DNA of 63,132 nucleotides, filler included, from Chrysochromulina tobinii (taxonomy: Eukaryota), in the NCBI GenBank assembly GCA_001275005.1. It is 8 parts of 8 records of this genome, joined end to end, with 100 filler letters (N's around TTAATTAATTAA, not from the genome) between each part and the next. Parts side by side here need not be neighbours in the genome. Positions count along the whole stretch, not along the records: positions 56,815 to 63,132 come from JWZX01001412.1; 7 more parts are not named here. One strand, 5' to 3'. Below the pieces are notes generated by a model. It saw nothing but the letters and a program-made list of their open reading frames with translations, searched no databases and had not been told where the DNA came from. Below, piece after piece: positions 59,801 through 63,132 of this stretch (positions are counted from its first letter, which is position 1; each line of letters starts with the position of its first letter). The position numbers and the translations under genes were made by a program.

Positions 59801-62800
59801 GTCGGCGGATGCACGCGTGATGGCCATGGAGAACAACGTACCGATAGCGTGGGAAACGGTATATCGGGATGCCAACGCCAAGGCAGCCGAACGCACCGCG
59901 GCGGAGCAACGCAAATCCGTGGCATTGGACGCCGAGCGCGCGGACCGAGAGGCAAGCGCCATCCGCGCGCGCGCCACGGCGACCAGCCTCACCAGGGCCC
60001 GGGCGGCACTCGCTCGGATCAAGCTGGAACTCGGAGACCAAGCGAGCGTCACCGACGCGGAACGCGACGCCCTCGCTCAGGAGGAGCGGGACGAGGCGCA
60101 GGCACACGCGGCCGCCCAGGCGGCACAAACGGCCCAGGCGGCCCACGACGACGCAGCGCGCACAGCACTAGCCTCGGCGGCGGCGGCGGCGGAAAGGCTC
60201 CACACCGCACAGGAGGCAATCGCGGAGTCGCTGCACGCCCTTGCGGGAGGGGATGCGCGCACGAGACAATCCACACAACAGGCGGACGAGGCGAAGATAG
60301 AGGAAGACCGCTATGCCAACGTGGAATACTGGGACACGCTCACCGCGGAACAGAGAGTGGCGATCCTCGCCAGCCCGACGCTGCGGCTCTGCGTACGGCA
60401 CCGCGACATGGAACAAGCCGAGCCGCGACGATCGACAGATAGCCGCATCGATATCAGCATGGAGCCCAAGGAACGCCGGAACATAAGCACTGAGGAAACC
60501 AAACACATCGCCGCCATCGGGCTTGCCATCGAGCACGCGTACGATATCCAATACGCGTACGCGGTCGACGGCAGCAAGGATGAAGCGGAAGCGTGGGGCG
60601 ACGGCGCAACAGGGGAACGAGCGGCGGCATGGGGCGCGTGGGATGGCATCACGGCCTACGGGGGGGCGCTCCCGCCGGATACGGGACAACCAAGAGGCCG
60701 AACTTTATGCCATCGAACGCATCCTCGCGCGACATGAGCGGGGCGACCGGATCCTACTCATGTGCGACTGCCAAGCGGCACTCACGACGGTGGACGGTAC
60801 ATGGCAGAGCGGACGGGTGGGCACGGGCAGCCCCGCGGCGGGACGGACGGGAGGACTACTGGTCGAGGCGATCACGCGGCACCGACTCAGGATCGAGAGC
60901 CGGACGGACGACAGCCAGCCGCGCGGGTGCGTCTGCTTCCTGTGGGTCAAGGCCCACGGCGGAGGCATCGTGCCAAACGCTTACGCCGACGCGATTGCTA
61001 AATCCTGCCTGACGGCGGACGTGGATTATGCCAACGTGGACGCGCCATACCTGGCTCTCCCCCGGGCGTGCCTATACGCAACCACGCCCACCCCACGTGA
61101 TGATACGTGGGAACTCGATGGCGACCAATACTCCTGCATCGCGGCGGACAAGTCGCTGCGACGCATTATCATCGACGGTATCACACGCCACGCCCTCGAT
61201 CGCCTACCGAAACCGACCCAGGAGGGCTGCGACGCGCGCATCGTCGGTGAAGTGACTCACATGCGGGGACGTCCGGAGGGCGCGGCGCCAGGCGCCCCGC
61301 CGCGTCGTAGCGTGACAGCGCCGACCGCCACCGGCGGAGCTTTGCGATTGCGCTCTAACGACCTCCGTCAACACGGCGCGGCCTGCCCGCTGTGCCTCAC
61401 ACCGGGGCCGCTGGAAGGGGACCACACCATGCGATGCACTGCACTCTCCAGAGCGCTTCGCGAGGCAGCAATGGCCAAGGTAACCGCAGCACTCGACGCA
61501 GCCGCGAGCGCACTGCCCTCGGGCGCTCTCTGCGCGCCCGCGGAGAACACTATGCAGGCGTGGAAACTCGCAGCTCGCCGAGCCGGGCAACACGGCGCAA
61601 TAGCAGCCCTGGGACCGACGCCGGACGCTCACCACCCGCTCAAGCCGACATCCGCGCGCGAATGGGCGCATAGGGGGTGGAAAACTAAAGCAGACGAGTA
61701 CGCGCTCGACCTAGGTGAAGGCGCAGCAAGGCCCGACAAACAGCTCGCGATGTGGTGTGCCATAGCCGTATGCAGCGCGCACGCGGCTGCCATTCAAGCT
61801 GCCGACGCCGTGGGCGCCACGGCGGAGGTGGCGAGCGCTTGCACCGCGGCGATACAAAAAATAGAAGAGGGTCCGCTGGGGACGGCGAGTAGAGCAATAG
61901 GCCGCGTGGCGCTGAACGAGGAGTCCGGGGCGCCCGACGACAGTGGCATCATATATCAAACCCACGACGAGGGCGGCATCGACTCGATATGCATACGCTT
62001 TACCCAGCTCCAGCCACACGCCCAAGGGGCGCATCTGCGCGAATGGTCGGAACGCAGATCATGGCTACCGTCTGCACGCGCGCACACCGGCAAGCGCACG
62101 TGGTCGGCCCATACACACCGAGGGTTCTGCTCCGAGGGCGGTGCCGCAGGACGCAAGGTGGAACACTCGGTGGCCGTCGACCCCCTCGACGCCGTATACT
62201 CCATCACGGCGCCAGCGACATGGCCTTGGCGGGTGGAATACGAAATTCACGGACACGACACAGCGCGCCCGGACGGGACACCGGGGCAGCGGGTGCAAAT
62301 CAGCGTCCGCCTCGGGTACGCGGACGGCGCGCCCAAGGCGCGCGTCAGCGCACGTCACGTGCGGACGGACGGCCGCCGGCACCGGGGCGGAGACACGGCG
62401 ATTAACACGGAGGTGGAGCTCGCGGGGGATAAGCAGGGACTGGGACTGCGGGCCATGTTTTGGGAAATGGCGTACGGGGCCCACGCGGAAGAGCACGGAG
62501 CACAGGCCGCAGTACGACGTGCGACAGCGGCTGCCGCCTTGCGCTGCCAGGGGGGCCCAGAAGGTGCGGCCTGGCGCTCTCTGCGCAGCGTCATGGGGGG
62601 GGAATTACCCCCTCCCACCCCTCGCGAACGATTGGAATCACACCTAGCGAAACGAGCGGTAGGAGACGCCGCCGCGACGGAGGCTGAGGCTCGCGTCACG
62701 GCCAAGCACGACGCGGCGCCACCCGGACCGGCCCCGACGCACGTGAGCACCGACGCGGAGCGCCTCGGCGAGGCGGCAGAGGTGCTCGGCGTGCAGATAG

Positions 62801-63132
62801 ACGCGCCCCCCCAAGAAATGCGGCGCGCATACCTGCTAGCGGCCCTTCGCCTGCACCCGGATAAAGGGGGCTCCAACGCCGCCTTCCTCGGCATGCAGGC
62901 AGCCTATCAGCTCTTGGACGGCGCGACGAGCACCGCGCGCCAAGGGGCCACCAGGGAGCTGCGGGACGCAGCGATCGCGGCGGCGCGGACCCGACGCGAC
63001 ACGACGGACTCGGCGACGCAAAGGGCGCTTCGGCTCTCGAGTGAAGTGACTCAGGCGCGGGAGGAGGCGCGCAAACGGGCCGAAGCGGAATGGGTCCCGC
63101 CATGGCGCACCGCCGCACAACACATCCGCACG
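56815..63132 (+). mobile_element. Non-LTR retrotransposon pol ORF: RT (palm end and thumb) - long helical region - RNase H - CxxC..H..C - J-domain; disrupted by an inversion (57085-57982) and a +1 frameshift (~60684); truncated at both ends
   Basis: WFADD on +; DKT, YKHLG and PRGLG on the inverted segment; RNase H AVDGS / AELYAI / MCDCQAAL / WVKAHG / NAYADAIAK; CPLC..DHTMRC; by my hand translation the frame from 60685 is open to the window end. Confidence 0.85.
62761..62925 (+). CDS. DnaJ (J) domain within the retrotransposon ORF
   Basis: RLGEAAEVLGVQIDAPPQEMRRAYLLAALRLHPDKGGSNAAFLGMQAAYQLLDG: canonical LG, RRAY, HPDKGG and F...AY..L pattern. Confidence 0.88.

Noticed and set aside
1..63132. 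rRNA/tRNA genes, or prokaryotic or giant-virus origin
   Set aside because: No RNA gene signatures were seen, and spliceosomal introns, B9D2 and non-LTR elements point to a eukaryotic nuclear genome.

Overview
GC-rich eukaryotic (intron-containing) DNA, most likely from a haptophyte alga (Chrysochromulina/Prymnesiales-like; inferred from gene content and intron style). The window is not one locus: eight unrelated contigs are joined by seven artificial 100-nt spacers (N44-TTAATTAATTAA-N44). Host genes include a membrane-domain/DUF1538 protein, an FG-GAP receptor-like non-RD kinase, B9D2, a CCCH-PIN protein, a sulfotransferase, a DnaJ-AVL9-MORN-PH-parvulin protein, an EF-hand protein, a carrier-like protein, an MRH/gamma-glutamyl hydrolase fusion, an OTU protein, an ART-FG-LRR protein and an FHA multidomain protein. 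Mobile elements are a spliced Sola-like DDD transposase and two related RNase H-bearing non-LTR retrotransposons. Three things stand out. (1) The second retrotransposon carries an intact HPD J-domain in the same reading frame as its RNase H. (2) It has a clean ~0.9 kb internal inversion that restores one RT ORF when flipped. (3) Several introns in unrelated genes begin with a near-copy of the downstream exon start, and several end in a conserved GCATGCAAGTGCTCACCACGGCGC...CAG cassette, which suggests an active intron-generating process. All domain calls come from motifs recognised by eye; no database searches were run.
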